A DNA stretch of 57,320 nucleotides from Bacteroidales bacterium (GTDB lineage: Bacteria > Bacteroidota > Bacteroidia > Bacteroidales > UBA12077), in the NCBI GenBank assembly GCA_046545795.1, contig JBKGZD010000001.1:1-57320 (forward strand), written 5' to 3'. The notes beneath the pieces were generated by a model that saw nothing but the letters and a program-made list of their open reading frames with translations, was not told the origin of the DNA and did not search any database. Shown piece after piece: positions 1 through 10,600 of the stretch. The first letter of the stretch is position 1; each line of letters starts with the position of its first letter. A program made the position numbers and the translations under genes.

Positions 1-234
1 GTGAATAGCTTAAAACAGGGAGTATTATTAAAAAGCAGATTATAAAATATTTTTTTGTATGATTCATCAGATATTTGATTTTTTGGTCCATTGCATCATG
101 TCTTCATATAAAACTAAATACTTTTATAATTGATTTCTCATGACCTTTTTATTAGAACTTGCTTTCATTCGTTTGCTTTAACAATTGCTACATATCATAT
201 TATAAAATTACAAACAATTAAAATTTTTACCAAA

Positions 235-1116
235 TTAATTTCTACGGTCTATTCCCCACATTAGTTTATTTCTTAATGTATTATAAAAATTTGTGTGCAT
301 TAATCTGATTATTTTCATATCATAATGAGCTTTTGTCACTTTTAAAGAAATCTCCCCTTTGATAATTTCAGTGCGATGATCCATAGTGACCAAATATTTT
401 GTTGAGCGGGATTCAGGTTTAAGAGTTATTTCACAATTACCGGGAACAACAATAGGCCTAACAGTCAGAGTATGGGGGGAAATTGGTGAAATGATAAAAT
501 TATTAGTTTCCGGCAAAAGAATGGGGCCTCCAACACTCAGGGAATATGCTGTTGAGCCGGTTGGGGTAGCAATTATTAAACCATCAGCCCAATATGAATT
601 CAATAACTGACCATCCAGGTAAACGTGCACCGTAATCATTTGAGATTCTTTCTTCTGTATAGTCATATCATTTAATGCCTCATTAAACCCTGGGATAACA
701 TTGTTTTTGGATTCAACTTTTAATAAGCTGCGTTCTTCGATAGTATATTTTCTCTCATACAAGTCTTTTATTACATTTTCAATGTCATCTTCTCTGGAAA
801 TGCTTGCTAAAAACCCCATTCTTCCATAATTTATACCAATTACCGGGATACTTGTATCACGAACAATTTCTAAAGTATCTAAAAAAGTTCCGTCACCACC
901 AATGCTTATAAGGCAATCAATATCAGGCTGTATATCTGCATTGCCACTGAATAACCCATTTATCTGGGATATATATTGTTCCTGCAATTCCAGAGAGTGA
1001 TAAAAAACATCAAAAAAGTAGATTTCAAAATGATATTTACTCAGAGCATTTATCAGATCATGAACATATTGTATATTATCTTTTTCTAATTTTCTTCCGT
1101 AAATAGCTATCTTCAT
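235..1116 (-). CDS. nadK: NAD+ kinase
   Basis: 293-aa ORF with NAD kinase motifs GGDGTFL (ISIGGDGTFLDT) and ATPTGSTAYSLSVGGPI. Confidence 0.9.
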   Translation of the reverse strand: MKIAIYGRKLEKDNIQYVHDLINALSKYHFEIYFFDVFYHSLELQEQYISQINGLFSGNADIQPDIDCLISIGGDGTFLDTLEIVRDTSIPVIGINYGRMGFLASISREDDIENVIKDLYERKYTIEERSLLKVESKNNVIPGFNEALNDMTIQKKESQMITVHVYLDGQLLNSYWADGLIIATPTGSTAYSLSVGGPILLPETNNFIISPISPHTLTVRPIVVPGNCEITLKPESRSTKYLVTMDHRTEIIKGEISLKVTKAHYDMKIIRLMHTNFYNTLRNKLMWGIDRRN

Positions 1117-1128
1117 TATGTTATATGG

Positions 1129-1794
1129 CTATGGATTTAAATACCGCATTAATAATTCATACCGGGAATTATATAAATCATCGTGTTTATCCATTTCAAG
1201 GTGAGAAGCTTTAACCTCATATTCGTATCGGTTGAATGTTTGAAGTATAGAAGTAACATCAGAGACATTTACCTTGACATGCACTTCAATTCTCACGGAA
1301 TCCGGGATTGTATGAATATACAGGCTAAGTACTTTAGCATTATTAGACTCAATTATCTGCGATATCTCACTCACTGAATAATCATTAACATGAACTTCAA
1401 TCACAATAATTCCACCCGGTTTTTCAATAGCAGAGACTTTAGCAAACTCATGAATAAGATCAGTTAACTTAATAATGCCAATAAATTCATTGCTCTCACT
1501 GACAACAGGTATGACGGTTAACTTTAACCTGCTGGCAATTTCAAGAATTTCGTAGATATGTTGTGTCGGTAATACAAAAGCTTTATGCAAAGAAATATTA
1601 TGATTCCCAATAGGTTCTTCAGGGTTATTTAATTCATAAATATCGTTCTCGGATAACAGTCCCAGAAATATTTTATTATTCACAATAGGAATGTGAGAGA
1701 CCTTAAAAAAAGTCATCCAGTTCAGAGCCTCCAATCCGGTATCTGAGGTCTTTACCGAAGGCATCTCATCTGATATAATGTCTGTAGCTATCAT
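1129..1794 (-). CDS. CBS-domain pair protein with an ACT-like C-terminal domain (function unknown)
   Basis: 221-aa ORF. Two CBS-like repeats (HIPIVNNKIFLGLLSENDI; LTVIPVVSESNEFIGIIKLTDL) are followed by a beta-alpha-beta-like tail of about 80 aa. It lies 12 nt upstream of nadK on the same strand. Confidence 0.7.
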   Translation of the reverse strand: MIATDIISDEMPSVKTSDTGLEALNWMTFFKVSHIPIVNNKIFLGLLSENDIYELNNPEEPIGNHNISLHKAFVLPTQHIYEILEIASRLKLTVIPVVSESNEFIGIIKLTDLIHEFAKVSAIEKPGGIIVIEVHVNDYSVSEISQIIESNNAKVLSLYIHTIPDSVRIEVHVKVNVSDVTSILQTFNRYEYEVKASHLEMDKHDDLYNSRYELLMRYLNP

Positions 1795-1875
1795 CTACGT
1801 AATTTCTTTAAAAAGCTTACCTTTGTACTTTAACAAAAACGACATCCAAAGTGTTCTATTTTTAACGTTAAAAAT

Positions 1876-2589
1876 ATGACCAGATTAAGTGTAAATATAA
1901 ACAAAATTGCTACATTAAGAAATGCAAGAGGGGGAAATATTCCCAATGTTTTTGAAGCAGCCATTAATTGCGAAAGGTTTGGCGCTGAAGGAATTACAGT
2001 ACATCCCAGACCAGATGAAAGACATATAAAATACCAGGATGTCCGGGATATCAGACCAGTGATTCAAACAGAATTTAATATTGAAGGATATCCATCAGAA
2101 TCCTTCATGGAACTTGTAATTGCAAATAAACCAGACCAGGTTACTTTAGTACCAGATCCACCAGGTGCTCTGACTTCAAATCAAGGTTGGAATACGATTG
2201 AAAACAAAACCTTTTTAAAAAATGTTATAGAAAAATTCCAGCAACATGGTATCCGCACATCTATTTTTATTGAGACAAATACAGAATATATCAAAAATGC
2301 GAAAGAAACAGGAACCAACAGGGTGGAATTATATACAGAGCCCTATGCCTCATGGTTCCATAAAAACAAAGAGGAAGCAATAGAACCATTTATAAAAGCT
2401 GCAGAAGTAGCTTATTCAGAGGGATTGGATCTAAATGCCGGACATGACCTTGATTTATTCAACCTCAAATATTTCAGCGACAACATTCCTTACCTGAAGG
2501 AAGTCTCTATAGGCCACGCAATTATCTCAGAATCACTTTATTATGGATTGGAAAATACGATACAGTTATATTTAAGACAACTCAGATAA
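1876..2589 (+). CDS. pdxJ: Pyridoxine 5'-phosphate synthase
   Basis: 237-aa ORF. LSVNINKIATLRNARGG, HPRPDERHI and GHDL motifs are typical of PdxJ. Confidence 0.92.
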   Translation: MTRLSVNINKIATLRNARGGNIPNVFEAAINCERFGAEGITVHPRPDERHIKYQDVRDIRPVIQTEFNIEGYPSESFMELVIANKPDQVTLVPDPPGALTSNQGWNTIENKTFLKNVIEKFQQHGIRTSIFIETNTEYIKNAKETGTNRVELYTEPYASWFHKNKEEAIEPFIKAAEVAYSEGLDLNAGHDLDLFNLKYFSDNIPYLKEVSIGHAIISESLYYGLENTIQLYLRQLR

Positions 2590-2646
2590 ATTGCATCCAG
2601 CAAGCAAAACTCAATATCATATTAAAAAAACTAAAACTCTTTCCAG

Positions 2647-3453
2647 ATGAAGTTAAATTTTAGAAAAATCGGAGAAACAGGGGAACCGCTAATAATACTT
2701 CATGGTTTATATGGCTCATCAGATAATTGGCTGAACATCGGTCAGCAGTTATCCGGCAACCATATTGTTTATTTACTGGATCAAAGAAATCACGGCCATT
2801 CACCACATAGCAACACACATACATATGAAGAGATGCGAGATGACCTGAAAGAATTTATGGATGACCAAAAAATAGGCAAAGCCATTATCTTAGGCCATTC
2901 TATGGGTGGAAAAACAGCCATTTATTTTTCTATGGAATACCCTGAAAAAGTCTCCAGGCTTATCGTTGTAGATATTTCTCCCACCAGCTACCATCATGTC
3001 AAAGAAGAGGAGCATCATTATCAAATTCATGAAAAGATACTCACCGCACTAAGCAGCCTGAACACAGAAGAAATAAAAACCTTAAAAGAAGCAGACAACC
3101 ATCTTGCTCAATACATAAGCTACAAAGGGGTTCGACAGTTTTTACTCAAAAACCTTAAAAGAGATAGTAACAAAAAATTCTATTGGATTCTTAATATAGA
3201 TGCGTTACAACAAGAGCTTGAAAATATTATGCATGGAGTGCAGGTTGACGATAATACCATCCAGGTTGAATCTTTCCCTATCCTATTTATCAAAGGGGAA
3301 CAATCAGATTATATTAGTGAGGAGGATAAAATTAAAATTAAAAAATTATTCCCAAAGGCAGTTATCACTTCAATCAAAGGTGCGGGGCATTGGGTACACG
3401 CTGAAAAGAGAAACGAATTTTTGTCTGTTGTAGAAAAATTTATCGAAAGCTAG
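2647..3453 (+). CDS. Alpha/beta-fold hydrolase (YbfF-like esterase)
   Basis: 268-aa ORF with an HG motif (ILHGLYGS), the nucleophile elbow GHSMGG and a C-terminal catalytic His (GAGHWVH). Confidence 0.75.
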   Translation: MKLNFRKIGETGEPLIILHGLYGSSDNWLNIGQQLSGNHIVYLLDQRNHGHSPHSNTHTYEEMRDDLKEFMDDQKIGKAIILGHSMGGKTAIYFSMEYPEKVSRLIVVDISPTSYHHVKEEEHHYQIHEKILTALSSLNTEEIKTLKEADNHLAQYISYKGVRQFLLKNLKRDSNKKFYWILNIDALQQELENIMHGVQVDDNTIQVESFPILFIKGEQSDYISEEDKIKIKKLFPKAVITSIKGAGHWVHAEKRNEFLSVVEKFIES

Positions 3454-4181
3454 TCCCCAGTAACACTTTCTACAGCGTTTTCATCAATTAGCGGCTGAGC
3501 ACGATAGCGAAGGAATAATTGCACAAGGGCTACAACATCTTTTTCGCAATACTTTACTATGCGATTCAGATCTTCATCTTTCCAATAAACCTTACCAACC
3601 ATGCTGCCATCAATATCTTCTTTGGGAGTTGGGATATCAAAGATAGTAGTTAATAAATCAAGGCTGGTGAAATGTTTGTAGTCTCCAAACTTCCATAATT
3701 CCATCGTATCAAGGAATGGGACATCCCATGGTTTTTTCCCGGGGACATTTAAGACATTCGGCAATGGAATTCCATTCACAAGCATGCGCCTGGCTATATA
3801 TGGAAAATCAAATTCTTTGCCATTATGTGCGCATAAATAAACCTCTTTTTTTCCAGAAAATTTATTTAGCATATCAGCAAAATCAGCCAGTAATTTTTTC
3901 TCGTTATCATCATAAAACGATTTGATACGTAATCCGTTAACTTCTGAATTATCTGAAACTTTAGCAATGCCAACAGAGATACAGACTATTTTTCCAAACT
4001 CTGCATAGATACCGGCTCTTTGGTAAACATCTTCTGCAGTTTCCTCATCTGATCTAAAATACGCAGATTTTTTATCCCACAATTGTTTGAGTTTTTCAGG
4101 AAGCTGTTCGAATGAGGAAAATGCCGGGACAGTTTCAATATCAAGAAACAGAACCTTTGTTAAATCAACTTTTTCGAGCAT
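3450..4181 (-). CDS. DEDD-type 3'-5' exonuclease (stand-alone PolB-exonuclease-like, RNase H fold)
   Basis: 243-aa ORF with Exo I LFLDIET, Exo II HNGKEFDFPY and Exo III YCEKDV motifs. Confidence 0.65.
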   Translation of the reverse strand: MLEKVDLTKVLFLDIETVPAFSSFEQLPEKLKQLWDKKSAYFRSDEETAEDVYQRAGIYAEFGKIVCISVGIAKVSDNSEVNGLRIKSFYDDNEKKLLADFADMLNKFSGKKEVYLCAHNGKEFDFPYIARRMLVNGIPLPNVLNVPGKKPWDVPFLDTMELWKFGDYKHFTSLDLLTTIFDIPTPKEDIDGSMVGKVYWKDEDLNRIVKYCEKDVVALVQLFLRYRAQPLIDENAVESVTGD

Positions 4182-4204
4182 AGCATAAAAATTTAGCCAA
4201 TAAA

Positions 4205-4825
4205 TCAGTAATCTTCATCGTATAAGTATTTCTCAATAATTGAGGTTAAAATGTCGATGGCCACCACATTTTTACCTCCCTGGGGCACAATAATATCAGC
4301 ATAACGTTTTGTTGGTTCAATAAACTGAAGATGCATAGGTTTAACAGTTTTATGATATCTTTCCAAAATTGTATTAACTGAACGTCCTCTTTCAGCGATA
4401 TCCCTCTCAATGACACGTATCAACCGGTCGTCATTATCTGCATCTACATATACCTTTATATCGATTAAATTTCTCAGCTCAGGATGTTGCAAAATAAGTA
4501 TCCCCTCAACTACAATTACATTTTTAGGTTCGACAAGGATGGTTTCTTCTGAACGCGTGCAGGTTAAATACGAATAAATAGGCTGTCGAACAGGTTCTCC
4601 TTTTTTTAGCTTACAAATATGGTTGGCTAAAAGATTGAATTCAATTGAATTCGGGTGGTCAAAATTGATTTTTAGCCTTTCTTCCAGAGGCAAATGACTA
4701 TTATCCTTATAATAAGAATCCTGTGGTAAAACGGCCACTTCATCTTTCGGAAGTCTTCTGATTATCTCCTTGAGCACTGTAGTTTTCCCGGAGCCTGTCC
4801 CCCCGGCTATTCCAACAACAAGCAT
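4205..4825 (-). CDS. udk: Uridine kinase
   Basis: 206-aa ORF with P-loop GGTGSGKTT plus DSYYKD and NFDHPNS motifs of uridine/cytidine kinases. Confidence 0.9.
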   Translation of the reverse strand: MLVVGIAGGTGSGKTTVLKEIIRRLPKDEVAVLPQDSYYKDNSHLPLEERLKINFDHPNSIEFNLLANHICKLKKGEPVRQPIYSYLTCTRSEETILVEPKNVIVVEGILILQHPELRNLIDIKVYVDADNDDRLIRVIERDIAERGRSVNTILERYHKTVKPMHLQFIEPTKRYADIIVPQGGKNVVAIDILTSIIEKYLYDEDY

Positions 4826-4843
4826 ATTAATAGGTTTTTAAAA

Positions 4844-5713
4844 TTAAAATAATCCACCCCTGGCTTTTCTTTTTAACTTTCTAAAATCCTTTTTCAGGAA
4901 CCCATCAGGCCTCTTTCCTTTTACTACATTATGATAATCAAAATAATAAAAATTAGCATCTTTAGCTCCAATTAAAATCTTATAACATCTTGCGCGCAGG
5001 CGGGAACCTTGCGGTCCTACTTTATGCAGAAATACTACATCTTCATCTTTTTCCTTAATTGCTTTTTCAATATCTTCTCTTGTAACCAATTCAAAATCAT
5101 ATGGATAATATTGTTCTATTTCTTCTCTCGTATCAACATCTTCAGCCAATTCGTCCTTAATAAGATACAAAGTTTTTTCACTGATATCTTTCATGTTATC
5201 ATTGTAATAATCAAATATATCATCTGAAATAATGTCTGGATTTTCTTTCATTAATTTGATGTGATTTTGTATAAATCGAACAAGCACTTCAAGCTTGTAA
5301 TTCCAGTATTCTTCATCAACTTCTTTATATGCTAAAGGTACAGCAACTATAGTTGGCATGTCTTCCAGACGCCGGGTTCTTTCACCCAATAGCACACTTA
5401 AAAACCGATACCTTGCCTTTGTTTTATCTTTTTCAAAAACCACAATATTATCAGTCAAAAAAGAATATTCTGGTTTTTTCCGCATTTCATCAAATTTGTT
5501 GTATTCTAAAAAATCGTATTCTGTAATTTCCCAGTTACTTTCTACCGCATCCTTAATTTTAGGGTTATATGTAGATATTGGATTAGGCCTGAGAACCACT
5601 TTAGTCTCAGTTGTAAAAAATTTGTCCAACTCTTCTTCATCAGGTACATATTCCTGGGCAACAATAGTTGGAGCATAAATTAAAAGACTTAAAACAAATA
5701 ATTTAACTTTCAT
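4844..5713 (-). CDS. Hypothetical secreted protein
   Basis: 289-aa ORF. N-terminal signal peptide MKVKLFVLSLLIYAPTIVA|QEY. The protein is highly charged and I recognise no family. It lies 18 nt upstream of udk on the same strand. Confidence 0.6.
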   Translation of the reverse strand: MKVKLFVLSLLIYAPTIVAQEYVPDEEELDKFFTTETKVVLRPNPISTYNPKIKDAVESNWEITEYDFLEYNKFDEMRKKPEYSFLTDNIVVFEKDKTKARYRFLSVLLGERTRRLEDMPTIVAVPLAYKEVDEEYWNYKLEVLVRFIQNHIKLMKENPDIISDDIFDYYNDNMKDISEKTLYLIKDELAEDVDTREEIEQYYPYDFELVTREDIEKAIKEKDEDVVFLHKVGPQGSRLRARCYKILIGAKDANFYYFDYHNVVKGKRPDGFLKKDFRKLKRKARGGLF

Positions 5714-5910
5714 AGTTCCGGATTTTGATTGATTACAATTTCCAACAAAGGTACAATATCCTAAAAAATATTAAACAGATTCTTAAATTTTTAAGAACTT
5801 ACTCTCTGTTTTTAACAAAATCGCTTATTTTTTGTATTTTTAGAAGTTGTAAAAAACGAATTGAAAATTAATTATTATTTTTACCCTTAAACTATAAATA
5901 GCATTATTAT

Positions 5911-7632
5911 ATGAATGTTTTCAAATATTCAGCTAAGTCATTTCTTAATGATGATATTAGTGTTACCATAAAAAAAATTAATCAGAAGCTGCTAATCAAC
6001 GTTTTATCATTGTTGTTTATAGGAATAACTGGCATTTATTCTGTTTTGCTCCTCACACCTGAACAAAACACAGGAGTTATCTTCATATATCTTCTTCCCC
6101 TTGTTCTATTAGCAATCAATTTAGCCTTACTAAATAAAAGCAAAATTAAATCAGAATATTCCGCAACTTTTTTTGTTATTATTATTACAATATATTCATT
6201 AGTAAACTTATGGACAGGCAAAATAAGTGAACCGTCGCTTATTTTACTTGCAGCCTTCCCAGTTGCATTCCTGCTTTTATTGCCCAGGAAAGGAAAGCTG
6301 ACTTCTCTCGTTTTTGGACTTCTTGTTGTCGCAACCTTATTCTTACCTTTATTTTCTGAATACTATGGAAATATTCATGTCGCCTATAAGGTAGCTTTTA
6401 TACTAACTTATATAGGTAGTGTAACACTGATAACCTATCTAAGGAAAAACATAGACCAGGCTTTTGATCAACAGCAAAAAGAATTGAATCAATTATCCAG
6501 CGAACTGAAAGACAAAGAAGAATTCATTTCAAAGGTTTCTCACCAAATAAGAACACCCCTCAATAACATTGTGGTGGTTTCAAATATGATTGACCCATCA
6601 GAACTGAAAGAACAACACAAAGACTATTTTGATACAATACTTGCATCAACCAATAATATTGTAGATGTGGTAAATAGTTTTTCAGAAATAAGTAACGTAG
6701 ATGTTCAGAAAAGGAAGCAATACGAGATTACTTTTGACTTGAATAACACGCTGCAAAATACGGTAAACCTTTTTTCTGCCAAAACAGATTCTCAAGAAAA
6801 TTATCCTGTAAATATAAATTCAGAAATTACTCAACCATTACTGGGTGACCCGGTTAAAATAAAGCAAATCTTTCTGAATTTAATTGAACAAATTCTTAAA
6901 CATTCTTCAAAAAATAAAGAAATCAATATTTATTTAAAAGAAGCAGAGAGAGCAAAGGGTACGATTCGCGTTACTTTTGAGCTCATTACGCAAGGTCTTG
7001 CCTCAATTACAAAAAGCATTAAATCAAAATCCTCCCAGTCCAGAAATGAACAAATAATCCATAAGCTTGAATTAAATATAGCAAAAAAGATGATCAATTC
7101 ATTAGGGGGTGATTTAGGAATTTCTTTAACTGGAGATAAGGCAACATTTAATTTTGAACTGGATTTTAAAGAAGCGGAAAAGGAAAAGCCCCTGCAAGGA
7201 GTACAAACAGAAGAGACACAAAAAGCTCCCTCTTCTGGTGTAAAGCTAAAAGATGCGAATGTTCTGTTGGTTGAAGATAACCTGATTAACCAAAAAATTG
7301 TACTGCTTAGCCTGAAAAAGTCAGTAAAAAATGTTGATGTCGCCAATAATGGCAAAGAAGCCCTGGATAAGTTTGGTTCTGTTAAATACGATGTTATTCT
7401 AATGGATATCCAAATGCCCGTAATGAATGGAATTGTGACTACCAAGAAAATCCGGAACATTGAGAAAAGCACCAACTCACATACTCCAATAATTGCAATA
7501 ACAGCAAATGCATTACTCGGAGACAAAGAAGAATGCCTTGCAGCAGGAACAGATGATTATATAAGCAAACCATTTCAAATTGAGACCTTACTGAATAAGA
7601 TGCAAAGATTGCTGGAAAACAACAAATCTTAA
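5911..7632 (+). CDS. Hybrid sensor histidine kinase / response regulator (about 6 TM helices, DHp, degenerate HATPase, receiver)
   Basis: 573-aa ORF. About six hydrophobic helices in residues 25-180; H-box FISKVSHQIRTPLNNI; N-box-like DPVKIKQIFLNLIEQILKHS. The C-terminal receiver has VLLVEDN, ILMDIQMP, IIAITAN and YISKPF. Confidence 0.85.
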   Translation: MNVFKYSAKSFLNDDISVTIKKINQKLLINVLSLLFIGITGIYSVLLLTPEQNTGVIFIYLLPLVLLAINLALLNKSKIKSEYSATFFVIIITIYSLVNLWTGKISEPSLILLAAFPVAFLLLLPRKGKLTSLVFGLLVVATLFLPLFSEYYGNIHVAYKVAFILTYIGSVTLITYLRKNIDQAFDQQQKELNQLSSELKDKEEFISKVSHQIRTPLNNIVVVSNMIDPSELKEQHKDYFDTILASTNNIVDVVNSFSEISNVDVQKRKQYEITFDLNNTLQNTVNLFSAKTDSQENYPVNINSEITQPLLGDPVKIKQIFLNLIEQILKHSSKNKEINIYLKEAERAKGTIRVTFELITQGLASITKSIKSKSSQSRNEQIIHKLELNIAKKMINSLGGDLGISLTGDKATFNFELDFKEAEKEKPLQGVQTEETQKAPSSGVKLKDANVLLVEDNLINQKIVLLSLKKSVKNVDVANNGKEALDKFGSVKYDVILMDIQMPVMNGIVTTKKIRNIEKSTNSHTPIIAITANALLGDKEECLAAGTDDYISKPFQIETLLNKMQRLLENNKS

Positions 7633-7697
7633 AAATCAAACACCTATTGCACACTATCATAGGCAAATTCAGAAGTAGAAGTATATTTTAAAATTGG

Positions 7698-10600
7698 CTA
7701 TGAATTGTTATTGAGCCTGAAACCAACAACCAAAACATCATCAACTTGCTCTTGATTTCCTTTCCAATCAAGAAAGCTCTTCTCGAGATATTCCTTTTGT
7801 TGATTCATTGGGAGTTTATGTATAGTTAAAAGTAGATGTCTGAATCTTCTATACTTAAATTTCTTCGATTCGGGGCCTCCGAACTGATCAGCATATCCAT
7901 CTGTAAAAAGATAAACTGTATCATCGTCCCGCATGTCAATTACTTTCTTACTAATTTCTGTATGTTCCATTGAATACTCCAGCATTCCGACAGAAAATCT
8001 ATCTCCCCGGATTTCTTCAATCTTATTGTCACGCAACAAATATAGTGGTCTGAAAGCGCCCGCAAACTCAAGTTGTTTTTTCTCGTCATCTATAACACAA
8101 AGGGCTACATCCATACCATCTCGTATATAACTTTGCTTATCACCATCGGTGTTTGACAGTGTCATTGAAATACCTTTATTTAAATCATATAGAATCTTAT
8201 CCGGCTCCATTACTTTTTGTTCACTGGTAATATTATTCAACAATTCCACTCCAATAATTGACATAAAAGCACCGGGAACACCATGTCCTGTACAATCCAC
8301 CACTGCCACAAACAATTTGTTTTCTACGCGGTTAATCCAGTAGAAATCACCACTAACAATGTCTTTAGGTTTATAAAGAATAAAAGAATTTTCCAACATA
8401 TTCCAGAAGCTATTTGCTGTGGGAAGCATTGATTCCTGTATTCTTTTCGCATAAATTAAACTATCGGTAATGTTTTTATTTTTTATACTTAATTCTTCTT
8501 TTTGTTTGGCCACTTGTTTAGCTATAACTTCCTTTTCTTTTAGTTCCTGGTTGGCCTTTCTTAATCTTTGGGTTCTCCATCGTATTATTAAAAATATTAA
8601 TGCAATTATTAAAACAAAGTATACCACAAATGCCAATTCTGTTCTCCAGAAGGGAGTTTCAACAATAATATACAAAGAAGCTCCATTTTCATTCCAGACA
8701 CCGTCATTATTAGTACCTTTAACTCTTAAGCGGTATTTCCCTGGAGCTAATCTTGAAAACGTAGCATAGCGCCTGTTTCCTATTTGTACCCAATGCTCTT
8801 CAAGTCCTTCAAGCATATAGGCATATTGATTTTTGGAAGGTTCAGCAAGATCCAATGAAGAAAATTCCAGTGTCAGTAAATTATGTTTATAAGGCACATG
8901 AATAGTGTCTGTCCCGAACAACTCATATCTGTTGATCTCTTCATCTGCAATCACTTCAACAGATGTTATAACTATCTCTGGTATATAGGAACTTTTTTGA
9001 ATTGAATCAGGATAAAAAGCATTGATCCCTTCAATACCACCAAAGAAATATTCCCCGTCGTAAGATTTATGTGCAGCCAGATGATTGAATTCATAATTTT
9101 GCAAACCATCATAGATAGTATAATTAGAAAACTGATCGGAAACAGGATTGAATTTTGAAACCCCTAAATTTGTACTAATCCATAAATTACTATGGTCATC
9201 TTCAAGCATTGCATAAATAAAATTATTCGGCAACCCGTCTTCTTCAGTATAAGCATTAAACTTTTCAGTGCGTTTGTCAAACTTATGAAGTCCTCCCGTA
9301 GTTCCGACCCATAAATTTCCTGTACTATCTTCATATAGAGAAATTATCTCATTGTTTAGCAAACAACTATCACAGTTAATGCCGGTTTTACTATAAAGTG
9401 AAAAATTATCTTTTTCTTCATTATATTTATTCAGACCATTATCAGTTGCCACCCATATATTACTATCGCTATCTATCAACACATCATACACTTGATTCGA
9501 GCTAAGGGAATTATTACAAGAGGTATTAAAATAACTTTTCAATTGCTGCTCACTATTATTAAGTACATGCAAACCATTGCGTGTAGCAAACCATAGATCA
9601 TTGTTCTTACTTTCATCTATGGAATAAATTCGATTGTTTTCGAAAACATTTTCTATTTGTGAATTTTCAATAGCAGAAAAATGTTGATTCTCCAAATCAT
9701 AATAAACCACACCATTTTGTGTCCCTATCCAGAGCCTTTCTTTACTGTCTTTATAAAAAGAATGTATATTGTTATCAGGCAACAATGAATTTTCTTCTGA
9801 AAAATGCCTGGTTTCTAAAGTGTTAGGATTAAGCCAATAAAGACCCGATGTCCAGGTACCTACCCATATCCTTTCCTTATTTTCCTTAAAAATTGATGAC
9901 ACTATATTGTCCCCAAAAAGTGGCTCCCCTGTATGGTCGTTTTTATAAAGCCTGAAGTCCTTAAGCTGTTTCTGAAGCTTTAATAATCCCTGTAGACCAC
10001 CCATCCATAGTAACTTAGAGCGACCCTGAGAAATTGTTCTAACAGATGCATTTAACAGCCTGTTATCAATATCAAAATAATCTGAGGCAGGGTTAAACTC
10101 TTCTTCATCCCTGTCAAAAATGAAAGCCCCTCCTTCTGTGCCCACCCACAATACCCCCTCATCATCCTCATGAATAACATTAATAAAATTGGAGGGAATA
10201 TTTTCATCTCCTGATGGTTCATCAACAAAAAATCTTTTGAAAATTTCATTATCCGGGTTAAAAAGATTAAGGCCGTTAGCTGTAGCGATCCAGAAATTAT
10301 TTTGTTGATCCTGATAGATATGGGTTATCCTGTTATCGCTCAGGGTGTTTTTATCTTCAGGTCTATGATAAAAACGTTTAAATATTTCCAATTCTTTATC
10401 AAAGTAATTTAATCCATCCTTGGTACCAACCCAGATGTGTCCTTTATTATCTTCAATAATAGGAAAGTTATTAATCCCATCAAAATAATTAAAGTAATCA
10501 TTAAAATGCTTATAATTAGAAAATTTCCCTGTCTTTGTATCCAGTCTGGAAAAATATTGCAAAGTTTTTACCCAAATCGTTCCTTCAGAATCCTGATAAA

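Noticed and set aside
7633-7697. Short inverted repeat (CCTAT...ATAGG) between the convergent kinase and PP2C sensor genes, considered as a shared terminator.
   Set aside because: It has only 5 bp of pairing with an 11-nt loop and no flanking U-runs, which is too weak to call.
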